A stretch of 64,000 bases of DNA from a virus, in IMG/VR virus record IMGVR_UViG_3300045988_170943, positions 352,001 to 416,000 of that record. One strand, given 5' to 3'. Shown one piece after another: positions 1-8,582 of the stretch; the stretch's first letter is position 1; the number at the start of each line of letters is the position of its first letter. The notes below the pieces were generated by a model. It searched no databases. It worked only from the letters and a program-made list of their open reading frames with translations, and was not told where the DNA came from. Made by a program: the position numbers and the translations under genes.

Positions 1-73
1 GCGGACATGGCTCAGTTGGTAGAGCACCTGGTTCCCATCCAGGAGGTCGCGGGTTCGATCCCCGTTGTCCGCT
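1..73 (+). tRNA. tRNA-Gly (anticodon CCC)
   Basis: Cloverleaf by eye: acceptor gcggaca/tgtccgc, D-arm gctcagttggtagagc, anticodon stem cctgg/ccagg with loop ttCCCat, T-arm gcggg-ttcgatc-cccgt. CCA not encoded. Confidence 0.75.
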
Positions 74-74
74 C

Positions 75-159
75 GCTCAGGTGGCGGAATGGTATACGCG
101 CTGCCTTGAGGTGGCAGTGGGCTGTAAGGTCCATGCAGGTTCGACTCCTGTCCTGAGCA
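75..159 (+). tRNA. tRNA-Leu (anticodon GAG), type II with long variable arm
   Basis: Acceptor gctcagg/cctgagc, anticodon stem ctgcc/ggcag with loop ttGAGgt, 17-nt variable arm, T-arm gcagg-ttcgact-cctgt. Confidence 0.7.
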
Positions 160-165
160 CTTGAC

Positions 166-330
166 AAACCCCAGAAGTGTAGACTTTCTCTTACTTCTTG
201 TGGAATAGGAGAGGACCAGGGTTCGAGTCCCTGGCTGAGAAGGCGAGTCCTTCCAGTGGTGTATCGGGTTAGCACGTTAACGTCAGAGGGGGCCGCTTTT
301 TCTCTGGGGTTTGTCACACAACTCGCCTGA
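166..330 (+). ncRNA. candidate Y RNA (YrlA-like tRNA-like RNA) upstream of Ro60 gene
   Basis: Perfect T-arm mimic (caggg-ttcgagt-ccctg) flanked by an acceptor-like helix (cttctt.../...gagaag), but no D-arm or anticodon arm. A long-range helix pairs ccccaga (172-178) with tctgggg (~303-311). It lies between the tRNA array and the TROVE/vWA (Ro60) gene. Confidence 0.3.
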
Positions 331-604
331 ATCCTCTCACCATTATGTGATCATGTGGTGACACAAGTGAGGAGGGGGCACACTCACACTACGGAACATA
401 TGCTTCCTTGGTGTGGGTGTTTCTGGTTTCGTCGCCAGTTCAGGTACGAAGGCGCAGATGCGTAGTGGTAGGTTACTTCACATTGATTTACACTCAATCC
501 CTAAAACCTGCTGCGGCTGGTTCTCTGCGTCTATAATTTACGAAACGGACTCAACACCAGCCTGGGTCATGAAGCCATCATAGTCTCAAGGAAGGGTGAG
601 CAAA

Positions 605-2197
605 ATGGCAAGGATGAACACGAAGAGCGCTGCTGTAAAGAACAGTGCGTCTTCTCCAGTCAAGACCCGTAAGAGCGGTAAGCGAGTCGCTACGGCCGAA
701 GGTGGGGCCGGGTGGAAGCGCACCGCTAAGAGTGAGTTATTTCTTGCTGCGGTCACAGGCCTGAATGAGGACACGTTCTATGAGTCCGCTGAGAACCGTC
801 AAGAGCGTGTCGCCAAGTTGGTTGCGAAGGTCGCTAAGAATGGCGAGTGGATTCTCGGCCTAGTCGGGTGGCTCCGTCGTGACGCTGGTCTCAGGGCTGT
901 TCCTGTAATGGTTGCTGCTGAGGCTGCCCACTACCGTCTCAGCAAGGGCATGAACGGGCTCAACCGTGAGATTGTTCGTGCATCCATTGGACGCCTGGAT
1001 GAGACCAGTGAGTTCATTGCCTACTGGCTGGAGCGTTTCGGCCGCAAGATCCCGTCCGCTGTCAAGCGCGGTATCAGTGACGCCCTGAACGACCTACTCA
1101 ACGAGGGCTCATACCTGAAGTGGAGCGGTCGCGCATCCCGTGGATCCGTGTCCCTGGGCGACGTCATCAACCTCGTGCACGCTAAGCCGAAGGACAACCA
1201 CCAGTCAGCGCTCTACCAGGCCGTCCTTGACCGCCAGTACGGGGCAAAGGAGGACCTGACTGCACTGCCTGTCATGAAAGCCCGCCAGGACTTTCTGTCT
1301 ATGCCGGTAGACAAGCAGATCAAGGTCCTGTCTGGTAAGAAGGCTGACAGTGTGATCAAGTCAGCGCGCCTCACGCACGAGGTTATCTCCGGGTCTATTG
1401 GCAAGATTCCGGCCGAGGTATGGGAGAACCTGATCCCGCACATGGGGTACACCGCTTTGCGCATGAACCTCAGGCGAATCAGCGAATCCGGTGTCAGCCT
1501 TGACGTAATCGACGAGATCAACAAGGTACTCCGAGACAAGGAGAAGGTCGCCCACGCCAAGGTCATGCCAATTGACTTCCTTCGTGCCTACAGGAATGCT
1601 CCACTAGACTTCCATGCCGCACTCCAACGAGGCGCAAACGGGGTCCTGGACAACATTCCAGCACTCAAGGGACGCACACTAGTCCTACTGGATCGATCAG
1701 GCTCAATGGGAGACCACCTGTCCTCCAAGAGCCAGATCACCAGACAGGACGCAGCCAATGTCTTTGCGGCAGCCCTGGCGCTACGCTGCGAGGATGTTGA
1801 CGTGGTTGCTTTTGACAACGACAGCCAGAGGATCAGCATCACCTCCAAGGATTTGTTGAAGGTTGTTGAGAAGGATATGCCGGATTCTCGTGGTGGTACC
1901 TACACCGCACGAGCATTCAGGGAGCACTACAACAACCACGACAGGGTTATCGTCCTCACAGACGAGCAGACATCCATGTCCTCATACTGGACAGGTGGAG
2001 AGAGTCTTGACGGGGCTCTAGATGCTGGACTGAAGAAGGGTGCAACAGTGTTCACCTGGAACCTTGCTGGGTACACTGCCGCACACAACCAGTCCAAGGA
2101 TCGTCGCTGGACCTTTGGTGGGCTTACTGACAAGGGGTTCCAGATGATCCCGCTACTGGAGAGAGGTGTGTCTCAGTCCTGGCCCTGGGAGAACTGA
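605..2197 (+). CDS. rsr: Ro60/Rsr ortholog (TROVE domain plus C-terminal vWA domain with MIDAS motif DRSGSMGD)
   Basis: The translation has a TROVE-like N-terminal region and a vWA domain (LVLLDRSGSMGD ... VIVLTDEQT). RBS aggaagg lies 8 nt upstream of the ATG at 605. The ORF track starts at GTG 596. Confidence 0.8.
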   Translation: MARMNTKSAAVKNSASSPVKTRKSGKRVATAEGGAGWKRTAKSELFLAAVTGLNEDTFYESAENRQERVAKLVAKVAKNGEWILGLVGWLRRDAGLRAVPVMVAAEAAHYRLSKGMNGLNREIVRASIGRLDETSEFIAYWLERFGRKIPSAVKRGISDALNDLLNEGSYLKWSGRASRGSVSLGDVINLVHAKPKDNHQSALYQAVLDRQYGAKEDLTALPVMKARQDFLSMPVDKQIKVLSGKKADSVIKSARLTHEVISGSIGKIPAEVWENLIPHMGYTALRMNLRRISESGVSLDVIDEINKVLRDKEKVAHAKVMPIDFLRAYRNAPLDFHAALQRGANGVLDNIPALKGRTLVLLDRSGSMGDHLSSKSQITRQDAANVFAAALALRCEDVDVVAFDNDSQRISITSKDLLKVVEKDMPDSRGGTYTARAFREHYNNHDRVIVLTDEQTSMSSYWTGGESLDGALDAGLKKGATVFTWNLAGYTAAHNQSKDRRWTFGGLTDKGFQMIPLLERGVSQSWPWEN

Positions 2198-2350
2198 GAC
2201 AGAAACAGAACGTGACTGCTATCACATCACTGTCAGTTGACATCAGTCTTCTGCTGGTGGTAGAGTAGTCATCATCAAGCCGGTCGGAGAGAACAGGATG
2301 AGGCCAGGCGGGGAACCGAGCAACCCCTTGTTCTCTCTGACCGGTATCAA

Positions 2351-2434
2351 GCCGGAGTGGTGAAATGGTAGACACGCCAGGTTTAGGTCCTGGTGCCTTC
2401 GGGTGTGAGGGTTCGACTCCCTTCTCCGGTACCA
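2351..2434 (+). tRNA. tRNA-Leu (anticodon UAG), type II, CCA encoded
   Basis: Acceptor gccggag/ctccggt, anticodon stem ccagg/cctgg with loop ttTAGgt, variable arm tgccttcgggtgt, T-arm gaggg-ttcgact-ccctt, ends ...a-cca. Confidence 0.75.
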
Positions 2435-2510
2435 AGCGCAACATGTGCTCACAGAATCAGAGGCGTATGCGCTTGAATCACAACTACATAGCGTAAGATG
2501 TAGATTTCAT

Positions 2511-2593
2511 GCTGGATTGGCGTAACGGTAGACGCGCTCGCTTCAGGTGCGAGTGTCCGAAAGGATGTGAGGGTTCGACTCCCTCATCCAGTA
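2511..2593 (+). tRNA. tRNA-Leu (anticodon CAG), type II
   Basis: Acceptor gctggat/atccagt, anticodon stem ctcgc/gcgag with loop ttCAGgt, variable arm tgtccgaaaggatgt, T-arm gaggg-ttcgact-ccctc. Confidence 0.7.
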
Positions 2594-2896
2594 CGATGAT
2601 GAGACCACAGTCACACCAACAAGTGTTGACAAATGTTCACAAGGAACGCTACAATAGGTTTCGTCAAACAGACATGGGAACGAGCGGATCACTCGTTTGC
2701 TTTCGGTTGATCACCGAAAGACGTGCGTAAATCCTCGCACGGTTGTGTACATGGCGTCCGAAATCAAAGGGGGCGGTGGAAGGCCAGCAGGGCTGGTCAC
2801 AAGCCGTCCCTGGAGAAATAAGGGAAGAGGTTCGACTCCTCTTTACACAGCGATGGCAGCACCAACCAAAGGGGCCGCCACAACAATAAATACATC

Positions 2897-2969
2897 TCTC
2901 CGTTCGTCTAGCGGCCAAGGACACTGGACTTTCAATCCAGCGACGCGGGTTCAAATCCCGTACGGAGGA
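2897..2969 (+). tRNA. tRNA-Glu (anticodon UUC)
   Basis: Acceptor tctccgt/acggagg, D-arm gtctagcggccaaggac, anticodon stem ctgga/tccag with loop ctTTCaa, T-arm gcggg-ttcaaat-cccgt. Confidence 0.75.
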
Positions 2970-3046
2970 CCATCTCAACTCAATAGAGAACAACGCCCAC
3001 CAGAACTACTGCCACACAGGATGCTGGCAGCAAGGTGGGAAGCAAT

Positions 3047-3128
3047 GCCCTGGTGGTGGAATGGTAGACACGGCGGCCTCAAAAGTCGCTGCCGCAAGGC
3101 GTGAGGGTTCGACTCCCTCCTGGGGCAC
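3047..3128 (+). tRNA. atypical type II tRNA-like gene (Leu-like, possible anticodon CAA) with oversized anticodon loop
   Basis: Acceptor gccctgg/ctggggc has two wobble pairs. D-arm and T-arm (gaggg-ttcgact-ccctc) match the neighbouring Leu tRNAs. The anticodon region ggcgg-cctcaaaagtcg-ctgcc folds only with a 12-nt loop. Confidence 0.45.
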
Positions 3129-3260
3129 AATGATCCAAAACACAATTGTGAGGCACCATCACGAAAGTGATGCAAGCAACATGGATCAAACTTGACGAGG
3201 CCAACCTGAAGGTGCTACAATATAAGCACAAGATGAGAAAACTTGTCGAGAACAACATGA

Positions 3261-3332
3261 GCCTATGTAGTTCAATGGAAGAATACCACTCTCCTAAAGT
3301 GGGGGTTAAGGGTTCGAGTCCCTTCATAGGCA
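3261..3332 (+). tRNA. tRNA-Arg (anticodon CCU)
   Basis: Acceptor gcctatg/cataggc, anticodon stem ccact/agtgg with loop ctCCTaa, T-arm aaggg-ttcgagt-ccctt. Confidence 0.7.
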
Positions 3333-3382
3333 CTATCTTGACACTGAAACTCTGTGTAGTTTTGTGTCAGGATAAACACGAT

Positions 3383-3454
3383 GCCCCTGTAACTCAATGG
3401 ATAGAGTAGCAGCCTTCTAATCTGCATGTTGTCAGTTCGAGTCTGACCAGGGGT
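3383..3454 (+). tRNA. tRNA-Arg (anticodon UCU)
   Basis: Acceptor gcccctg/caggggt, D-arm actcaatggatagag, anticodon stem gcagc/tctgc (4 bp plus a mismatch) with loop ctTCTaa, T-arm gtcag-ttcgagt-ctgac. Confidence 0.6.
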
Positions 3455-3488
3455 ACTATTCAGAATGTGAGAGGTTCTGAAAATTCAT

Positions 3489-3581
3489 GCCCCCATAGCT
3501 CAGTTGGTTAGAGCAGCGGCCTTATACACCGTTTCGTGCCTGATATGCACAAGGTCCTGGGTTCGAGTCCCAGTGGGGGTA
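3489..3581 (+). tRNA. atypical 93-nt tRNA-like gene with ~20-nt insertion between D-arm and anticodon arm (possible anticodon GAU, Ile)
   Basis: Acceptor gccccca/tgggggt, canonical D-arm tagctcagttggttagagc and T-arm ctggg-ttcgagt-cccag. An extra gcggccttatacaccgtttc precedes the hairpin gtgc-ctGATat-gcac. Confidence 0.4.
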
Positions 3582-3624
3582 CTCGCATCACAAGCCATCT
3601 CAGTCCTGAACCGCAAGGAGCATC

Positions 3625-4176
3625 ATGTCTGACGACCTGACTGCTGAGCAACGCAAGTCTGATCTCAATGTAACCCTGAACGACCTGGTGGCTTCGTATC
3701 ACGGGCGAGTGTTTCGCGCCTCTGACCCTGTGCGCCTGTTGATCAGCCTGATCAAGAATGTTGGTGACTTCGCTGACTGTTGGGAAGAGTCTTCTCGTAA
3801 CCTTGATGACTATTCGCCACGGATTCAGTCCGCGTGCAAGAACCTGGTATACACATGCCTGAACATTACTGAGGCTGACGTTGAGATCGAGTACGACCTG
3901 CACAGTATCGTTGACTCGATTATGGACAAGTCTGACTTCTGGTGGCAAGAAGACATCATGGATGAGTACGAGTATGATCTTGCCATGCCCGCTGTTGACA
4001 GGGTGCAGAGCATGCTTGCATCAGTGGGTGATCTTGCGTCTGTGTGGCCGCACTGCGATCCGCACCCCCGCCCGGATGGCTATGACCTGATTGAGAGAAA
4101 GATGGACGCCCTGGAGTTCGTCATCTATCAGGCTGCATCTGCCCTGGTTGCTGTGCAGCGTGGGGCCCTGGGGTAG
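3625..4176 (+). CDS. hypothetical acidic protein
   Basis: 183-aa ORF with RBS aaggag 6 nt upstream. No recognisable motifs. Confidence 0.5.
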   Translation: MSDDLTAEQRKSDLNVTLNDLVASYHGRVFRASDPVRLLISLIKNVGDFADCWEESSRNLDDYSPRIQSACKNLVYTCLNITEADVEIEYDLHSIVDSIMDKSDFWWQEDIMDEYEYDLAMPAVDRVQSMLASVGDLASVWPHCDPHPRPDGYDLIERKMDALEFVIYQAASALVAVQRGALG

Positions 4177-4262
4177 CCCATGGAGCCTGAGCGAGTATAG
4201 GCCCTGACAACCTAGGTTACCTCCCACGTGCTCTGTTGTGATAAGCGCCACTTGATGCAGTG

Positions 4263-4292
4263 TTGACACAGCGGCCGCGCCTGTCATATACT
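4263..4292 (+). promoter_or_regulatory. sigma70-like promoter (TTGACA-18-TATACT) next to GTGAC..GTCAC palindromes
   Basis: ttgaca at 4263-4268 and tatact at 4287-4292. Inverted repeat gtgacactt-N9-aagtgtcac at 4347-4373 precedes tRNAs 4432 and 4597. Confidence 0.35.
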
Positions 4293-4431
4293 GTAGGTGA
4301 GTAAGGGGCCGGTAAGGACACAGTTACGATTGAACCTTTCAGGTCGCCTCCCACTGTGTGACACTTGATGCCATTAAGTGTCACCAAACCTCTTGTGGAT
4401 GACACTTAAACACTTAAGGTGCCACCACGTT

Positions 4432-4506
4432 GCCCGGCTAGTTTAGTGGTCAAAACGCTTCCTCGGTAAGGAAGAGATGCCAGTTCGATTCTGGTGCTGG
4501 GCTCCA
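4432..4506 (+). tRNA. tRNA-Thr (anticodon GGU), CCA encoded
   Basis: Acceptor gcccggc/gctgggc, anticodon stem cttcc/ggaag with loop tcGGTaa (C at position 33 is unusual), T-arm gccag-ttcgatt-ctggt, ends t-cca. Confidence 0.6.
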
Positions 4507-4596
4507 GTATCTCACCCCCATACACACCCCTGGCCCGCGCGGTCTCATGCCACCTCTTTCCGGGGTAGCAGGCTTTGTGTGGGGTAAAGGTACGCT

Positions 4597-4672
4597 GCCG
4601 GATTAGTTCAACTGGCTAGAACGGTCGTCTCGTAAGCGACAGGAGCGGGTTCGAGTCCCACATTCGGCTCCA
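4597..4672 (+). tRNA. tRNA-Thr (anticodon CGU), CCA encoded
   Basis: Acceptor gccggat/attcggc, D-arm gttcaactggctagaac, anticodon stem gtcgt/gcgac with loop ctCGTaa, T-arm gcggg-ttcgagt-cccac, ends t-cca. Confidence 0.7.
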
Positions 4673-4831
4673 CATTGTTCTCCCGGCCTCTTCATTGTGG
4701 AAGGGCCGGTTTTGTTGTTTCTTGTATTCTCGTGGGCGACATCGGGTTGCTGTTACTGTCTTGCCCGACCTAGCGAAAGTATCGTGTAGAGGCGTCTTGG
4801 GCGCTTAGGTCTTTGCCTGTCTGCTATTCCA

Positions 4832-5647
4832 GTGCGTAAAGCAAGCATGTGGACAGATGGGACACGCCTAGTTATGGATACTGTGAAGCCGGTCAGTTAC
4901 AACGTGACCACCCCAGACAGGTGTGATCTACCGGCATGGTACCTGCCACTGATGCCATACGCTCTGAAGGCGTGTTTTGTTGTATCCAAGCATGAGGACG
5001 TAGACTCGTCGTTCTACTATGTGACAGCACCCGACAGGAACCTCTGGGATCCGGTGTTCTCCACCCTCACTGAGACTGTGGACTTCCTGAGACGTTACGA
5101 CACTGGCTTCTACCTGGACAACTCCTGTGGCAGAAGGGAACAGGGGACCTTCCTGGACTGGTCGGATTATGGGCGCATCCAGGCTGTTCGCCACCGCACC
5201 GCATGGTTCACGCAACGTATTGCCTGCCAGTACGTTATCAACCCGGAGGACTATCGGGCGTCCAGTGACTTTGTAAGGAATCACCCAGCCTTATGGAGGC
5301 TGCGGGCACCATCCACAAGGATCAACACGGTCTCGGCTGTCTCACTCCCCACCGCTGACCCAATCCTCATCCATGAGACCAACGACGGGCTTCATACTGC
5401 GGGTATTACTGAGTTGGCTGCACTGGAGTCGGCGGTGATGCTGGGTAGTGGCCTGTGTGCCAGTGACATACCATCTGGGGTAGGTGTTACCGCTGAGGAT
5501 GCTGTGACAGGTCTAGCGGCAAACATGGCGGCCGTGTTCGACCATGAGGGTAACCTACAGAATGTAGTAGAGGCTCGACCTGTCCACCCCTCTGCTGCCA
5601 GCGGTTTGATGTCAGGATCACGCACAAGGCGACATCAAGTCGGGTAG
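4832..5647 (+). CDS. hypothetical protein
   Basis: 271-aa ORF. Start uncertain between GTG 4832 and ATG 4847. No motifs recognised. Confidence 0.4.
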   Translation: MRKASMWTDGTRLVMDTVKPVSYNVTTPDRCDLPAWYLPLMPYALKACFVVSKHEDVDSSFYYVTAPDRNLWDPVFSTLTETVDFLRRYDTGFYLDNSCGRREQGTFLDWSDYGRIQAVRHRTAWFTQRIACQYVINPEDYRASSDFVRNHPALWRLRAPSTRINTVSAVSLPTADPILIHETNDGLHTAGITELAALESAVMLGSGLCASDIPSGVGVTAEDAVTGLAANMAAVFDHEGNLQNVVEARPVHPSAASGLMSGSRTRRHQVG

Positions 5648-5688
5648 CGGGCGGGCGGTAACAGGAACAAACAAGGTAAGGGGCACAA

Positions 5689-6156
5689 GTGGACGCCAGA
5701 AGAAACGGGGTTATCACCTGGGACCAGATGTTCATGAGGTTCGCTCAGGTCGCTGCGCTGCGATCCAAAGACCCTAGCACACAGGTAGGTGCCTGTATCG
5801 CATCGCCCGATAACCGGGTTCTGTCCATCGGATACAACGGGGCACCAGCCGGGTTCGACGACGAGGACTTCCCCTGGGGTAGAGATGCGGAGGACCCCAT
5901 GTGCACAAAGTACCCGTATGTGGTTCACGCTGAGGCTAACGCCATCCTGAACTTCCGTGGGGCCAGGAGTGAGATTGCTGGTTCTCGACTCTATGTGACT
6001 CACTTCTGCTGCAACGAGTGCGCGAAGATGATCGCTCAGACGGACATTAGTGAGGTCATCTACCTGCACGATCATGCCATGTCGAATGGTCTCACCCCGG
6101 CGACACTCACGATCTTCAAGCGCAAAGGTGTCCAGTACAGGCAGATGCAGTCATAG
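5689..6156 (+). CDS. dCMP/cytidine deaminase (zinc-dependent CDA fold)
   Basis: Signature H-A-E (VVHAEANAI) and PC..C (CCNECAKMI) zinc-ligand motifs. RBS aaggtaagggg upstream. Confidence 0.75.
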   Translation: MDARRNGVITWDQMFMRFAQVAALRSKDPSTQVGACIASPDNRVLSIGYNGAPAGFDDEDFPWGRDAEDPMCTKYPYVVHAEANAILNFRGARSEIAGSRLYVTHFCCNECAKMIAQTDISEVIYLHDHAMSNGLTPATLTIFKRKGVQYRQMQS

Positions 6157-6263
6157 TTGAGACCATGCGGCAGGGTGGCTGCTGGGGCTCGGTATCTTCA
6201 CTGGTGGGGTTGCATTCAGGGTGTCGAGCCGACTTATGTGACAATAGTCACCTCAAGGGCAAG

Positions 6264-6293
6264 TTGACGCCCTAACGCCCCGCATGGTAGGAT
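6264..6293 (+). promoter_or_regulatory. sigma70-like promoter (TTGACG-18-TAGGAT) upstream of tRNA-Ser
   Basis: ttgacg at 6264-6269 and taggat at 6288-6293. Palindrome gtgacaatagtcac at 6238-6251 lies just upstream. Confidence 0.3.
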
Positions 6294-6367
6294 GTAGCCA
6301 CAACGTTGAGAACAGGGTTCTGGCACACTCAGGGCGCTGGGTGATATTCCTGCCTCAACTGAATAAT

Positions 6368-6452
6368 GGATGGTTGCCCGAGCGGCCAAAGGGGACAGCC
6401 TTGAAAACTGTAGTGCTGAAAGGCACCGGGGGTTCGAATCCCTCACCATCCG
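6368..6452 (+). tRNA. tRNA-Ser (anticodon UGA), type II
   Basis: Acceptor ggatggt/accatcc (perfect), Ser-type D-arm cccgagcggccaaaggg, anticodon loop cTTGAaaa, variable arm agtgctgaaaggcac, T-arm ggggg-ttcgaat-ccctc. Confidence 0.7.
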
Positions 6453-6504
6453 CGACCAGGTGAACCCCCACGGACGGGTTTGAGCCGGTGTCACAACCAA
6501 ATAT

Positions 6505-6577
6505 GCCGTTTTAGTTCAATTGGTAGAACGCCTGTCTTGTAAACAGGAGGTCATCGGTTCGATCCCGATAAGCGGCT
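6505..6577 (+). tRNA. tRNA-Thr (anticodon UGU)
   Basis: Acceptor gccgttt/aagcggc, D-arm gttcaattggtagaac, anticodon stem cctgt/acagg with loop ctTGTaa, T-arm atcgg-ttcgatc-ccgat. Confidence 0.75.
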
Positions 6578-6815
6578 CTAGGGCGCACGCTCTCTTTCCT
6601 TCCTTATAGTGTGCGCCCGCCCCCCTTTTTTGGTGTTTCCCCTGGTGTTAAAAGGTGGATAGACTCCCTGCACCCATAACCACCCACACCATATTATGTG
6701 TGATTGTTTTCTCAGTATGGTGCGAGAGTGGAAAAGACAACAGGGTCTTCCTTGTTGGATAAACTAGGTAGCAGCAAATGTCATCTACCACAGAAATCCA
6801 CTAGAGGAGAAACAC

Positions 6816-7355
6816 ATGGCGTCAGATCAGAGCCGCAAGGTTGAAGAGTTCTACAGGGCGTTCCAGCAGGAGCGGTACCTGCCTGACCCTGAAAGCAAGC
6901 CGTCACTAGAAGTCATGGGTGATAGTCGAGTTGACCTTAGGATGAGCCTGATCGTTGAGGAGTTCTGCGAGTTGATTGCAGCAGTCTACAACGAGAAGGC
7001 TGCACAGGAGATGGAGAACACCTGGTGGAACCTTTTCGACGATCATGTCATCACTGAGGAGAACCGCAACTATAATGTGGTTGCTGCCGCAGACGCCACC
7101 GGGGACCTCCGTTACGTCATTGAAGGGCTGGACCTGGAGGCCAATATTCCCTCCGAGGCTATCTTCAATGAGATCCATGTCTCCAACATGTCTAAACTTG
7201 ATGACGAAGGTAACCCGGTCATCTCGGACGGCACAAACAAACCCAAGGGGAAGATCCTCAAGGGTGACAACTACTTCGCGCCAGACCTCAAAGCCATCAT
7301 CGAAGGTCGTACCCCAGACCGCACCCCAGTAAAGTCCAAGAAGGAGAACGCATGA
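6816..7355 (+). CDS. MazG-like nucleotide pyrophosphohydrolase (all-alpha NTP-PPase)
   Basis: EExxEL-type motif (LIVEEFCELIAAV) and downstream D..GDL.YVIEGL. RBS ggagaa. Confidence 0.5.
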   Translation: MASDQSRKVEEFYRAFQQERYLPDPESKPSLEVMGDSRVDLRMSLIVEEFCELIAAVYNEKAAQEMENTWWNLFDDHVITEENRNYNVVAAADATGDLRYVIEGLDLEANIPSEAIFNEIHVSNMSKLDDEGNPVISDGTNKPKGKILKGDNYFAPDLKAIIEGRTPDRTPVKSKKENA

Positions 7356-8110
7356 GACTAGCCAGGAGCCATGGAACAAGGGTAAGAAAGACGATCCTTA
7401 CTGCCGCACTAGGCGTCCTCGTCGCTGGTCTCCTGTCCAGTTGCGGTGGGGCATCCAAGACTAACCCATCATCCACAGTCAGTGCGGGGGTAAACGCCAC
7501 CGCCATCGCAACCACAGGTTCAGGTGCACAGGCCCCAGGCGCGGTAAAGAACGACACCACTGGTGCGGCCCAGTTCGCCAAGTCCTACTATGAGGCATGG
7601 TTCACGTCCAGCAGTGACAGCACCTACAGTGAACTCAGCAACGCCCTGAACGAGGCCACCAAGGACATTGACCGAAACAAGGTCGTCCAGGATGACCCCA
7701 TGAGCGTGTTCAACGCCATGACCGAGGCGCAGCAGAAGAGCATCGCTGAGAAAACCACCCAGATCAACCCCATGTCCGACTACTACGACACTACGGGCAT
7801 GACCGATGCCGAGATCGCCATCCTCAACGTCATCGCCACCGGATTCTCCTCCGGCTACCACACGGACCAGAAGGTTACTGTGGCCGTCAATAAGGACAAG
7901 GTGACAGTAGACGGTAGCACCGGATCGGTCCCCTACACTGCTCTCACTGTGACCGTTGGAGACAAGAGCAACACGCCTACCGGCACCGACTTCACTCTGC
8001 CCCTGATCTACAAGGATGGCAAGTGGAAGGTTGACGGGAAGAAGTTCAGCGCCATGGTGATCAGCAACTACAACACCCACCAGTCCGCAACCGCCACACC
8101 AACACCATAA
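7352..8110 (+). CDS. secreted lipoprotein (lipobox LSSC)
   Basis: Signal peptide MRLARSHGTRVRKTILTAALGVLVAGLLSSCGG with Cys at +1. Start overlaps the upstream stop (ATGA). RBS aaggag. Confidence 0.55.
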   Translation: MRLARSHGTRVRKTILTAALGVLVAGLLSSCGGASKTNPSSTVSAGVNATAIATTGSGAQAPGAVKNDTTGAAQFAKSYYEAWFTSSSDSTYSELSNALNEATKDIDRNKVVQDDPMSVFNAMTEAQQKSIAEKTTQINPMSDYYDTTGMTDAEIAILNVIATGFSSGYHTDQKVTVAVNKDKVTVDGSTGSVPYTALTVTVGDKSNTPTGTDFTLPLIYKDGKWKVDGKKFSAMVISNYNTHQSATATPTP

Positions 8111-8163
8111 CAAACAGTCAGGTAGGTGTGACACTATTCACACAATACGGCCCCTCCCAGGAG

Positions 8164-8193
8164 TTGACATTCGGGAGGGGCTGTTGATATATT
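8164..8193 (+). promoter_or_regulatory. sigma70-like promoter of tmRNA (TTGACA-18-TATATT)
   Basis: ttgaca at 8164-8169 and tatatt at 8188-8193, 13 nt upstream of the predicted mature tmRNA 5' end. A GC-rich hairpin lies just upstream. Confidence 0.5.
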
Positions 8194-8206
8194 AGAGTCA
8201 CGCCTT

Positions 8207-8582
8207 GGGGCAGACAGGTATTCGACATGCGATGCTTGCTTGTGTTGAGTGCGAGCCACCCTTGAACCATGGGTGTCAAACAGGTTCAAACCAACAGTTG
8301 CCAACTCTGACAACTTCGCTCTCGCCGCCTGAGAGCCGCCTGAATCCCACAAGGTAAGGCCCTGCCGGGACTCAATTCAGGTGTTATCGCTAGGGGCTAT
8401 GGTCAAGCGCCTGTCACCTGGGTGCGGGCCGAGAAACTAAACAGGTGACAACCAGGGTTGTGGTAGTCATGCAGGACCATTCCAAACCTTACATGGTTGT
8501 AAAACACTAACGGATCCTGCTACGCTCGTAGAACTTAAAACAGGCACATTCTTGGACGAGGGTTCGATTCCCTCCTGCTCCA
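8207..8582 (+). ncRNA. ssrA: tmRNA (ssrA), tag peptide (A)ANSDNFALAA
   Basis: The 5' end ggggcagacaggtattcgac matches the tmRNA 5' consensus. It pairs with the 3' acceptor ctgctcc. The 3' tRNA-like domain is ggacgagggttcgattccctcctgctcca. An internal tag reading frame gcc aac tct gac aac ttc gct ctc gcc gcc tga runs 8300-8332. Confidence 0.75.

Noticed and set aside
12-317. 101-aa minus-strand ORF
   Set aside because: It lies entirely antisense to two well-formed tRNA genes and the tRNA-like element. It is an artefact of high GC.
2680-2860. Additional tRNA genes between tRNA-Leu (CAG) and tRNA-Glu
   Set aside because: Hairpins with T-arm-like and anticodon-like loops are present (ctttcgg-ttgatca-ccgaaag, and agagg-ttcgact-cctct). 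No complete cloverleaf with a matching acceptor stem could be built. Left as possible degenerate remnants.
3167-3409. 80-aa plus-strand ORF
   Set aside because: Overlaps tRNA-Arg genes at 3261-3332 and 3383-3454.
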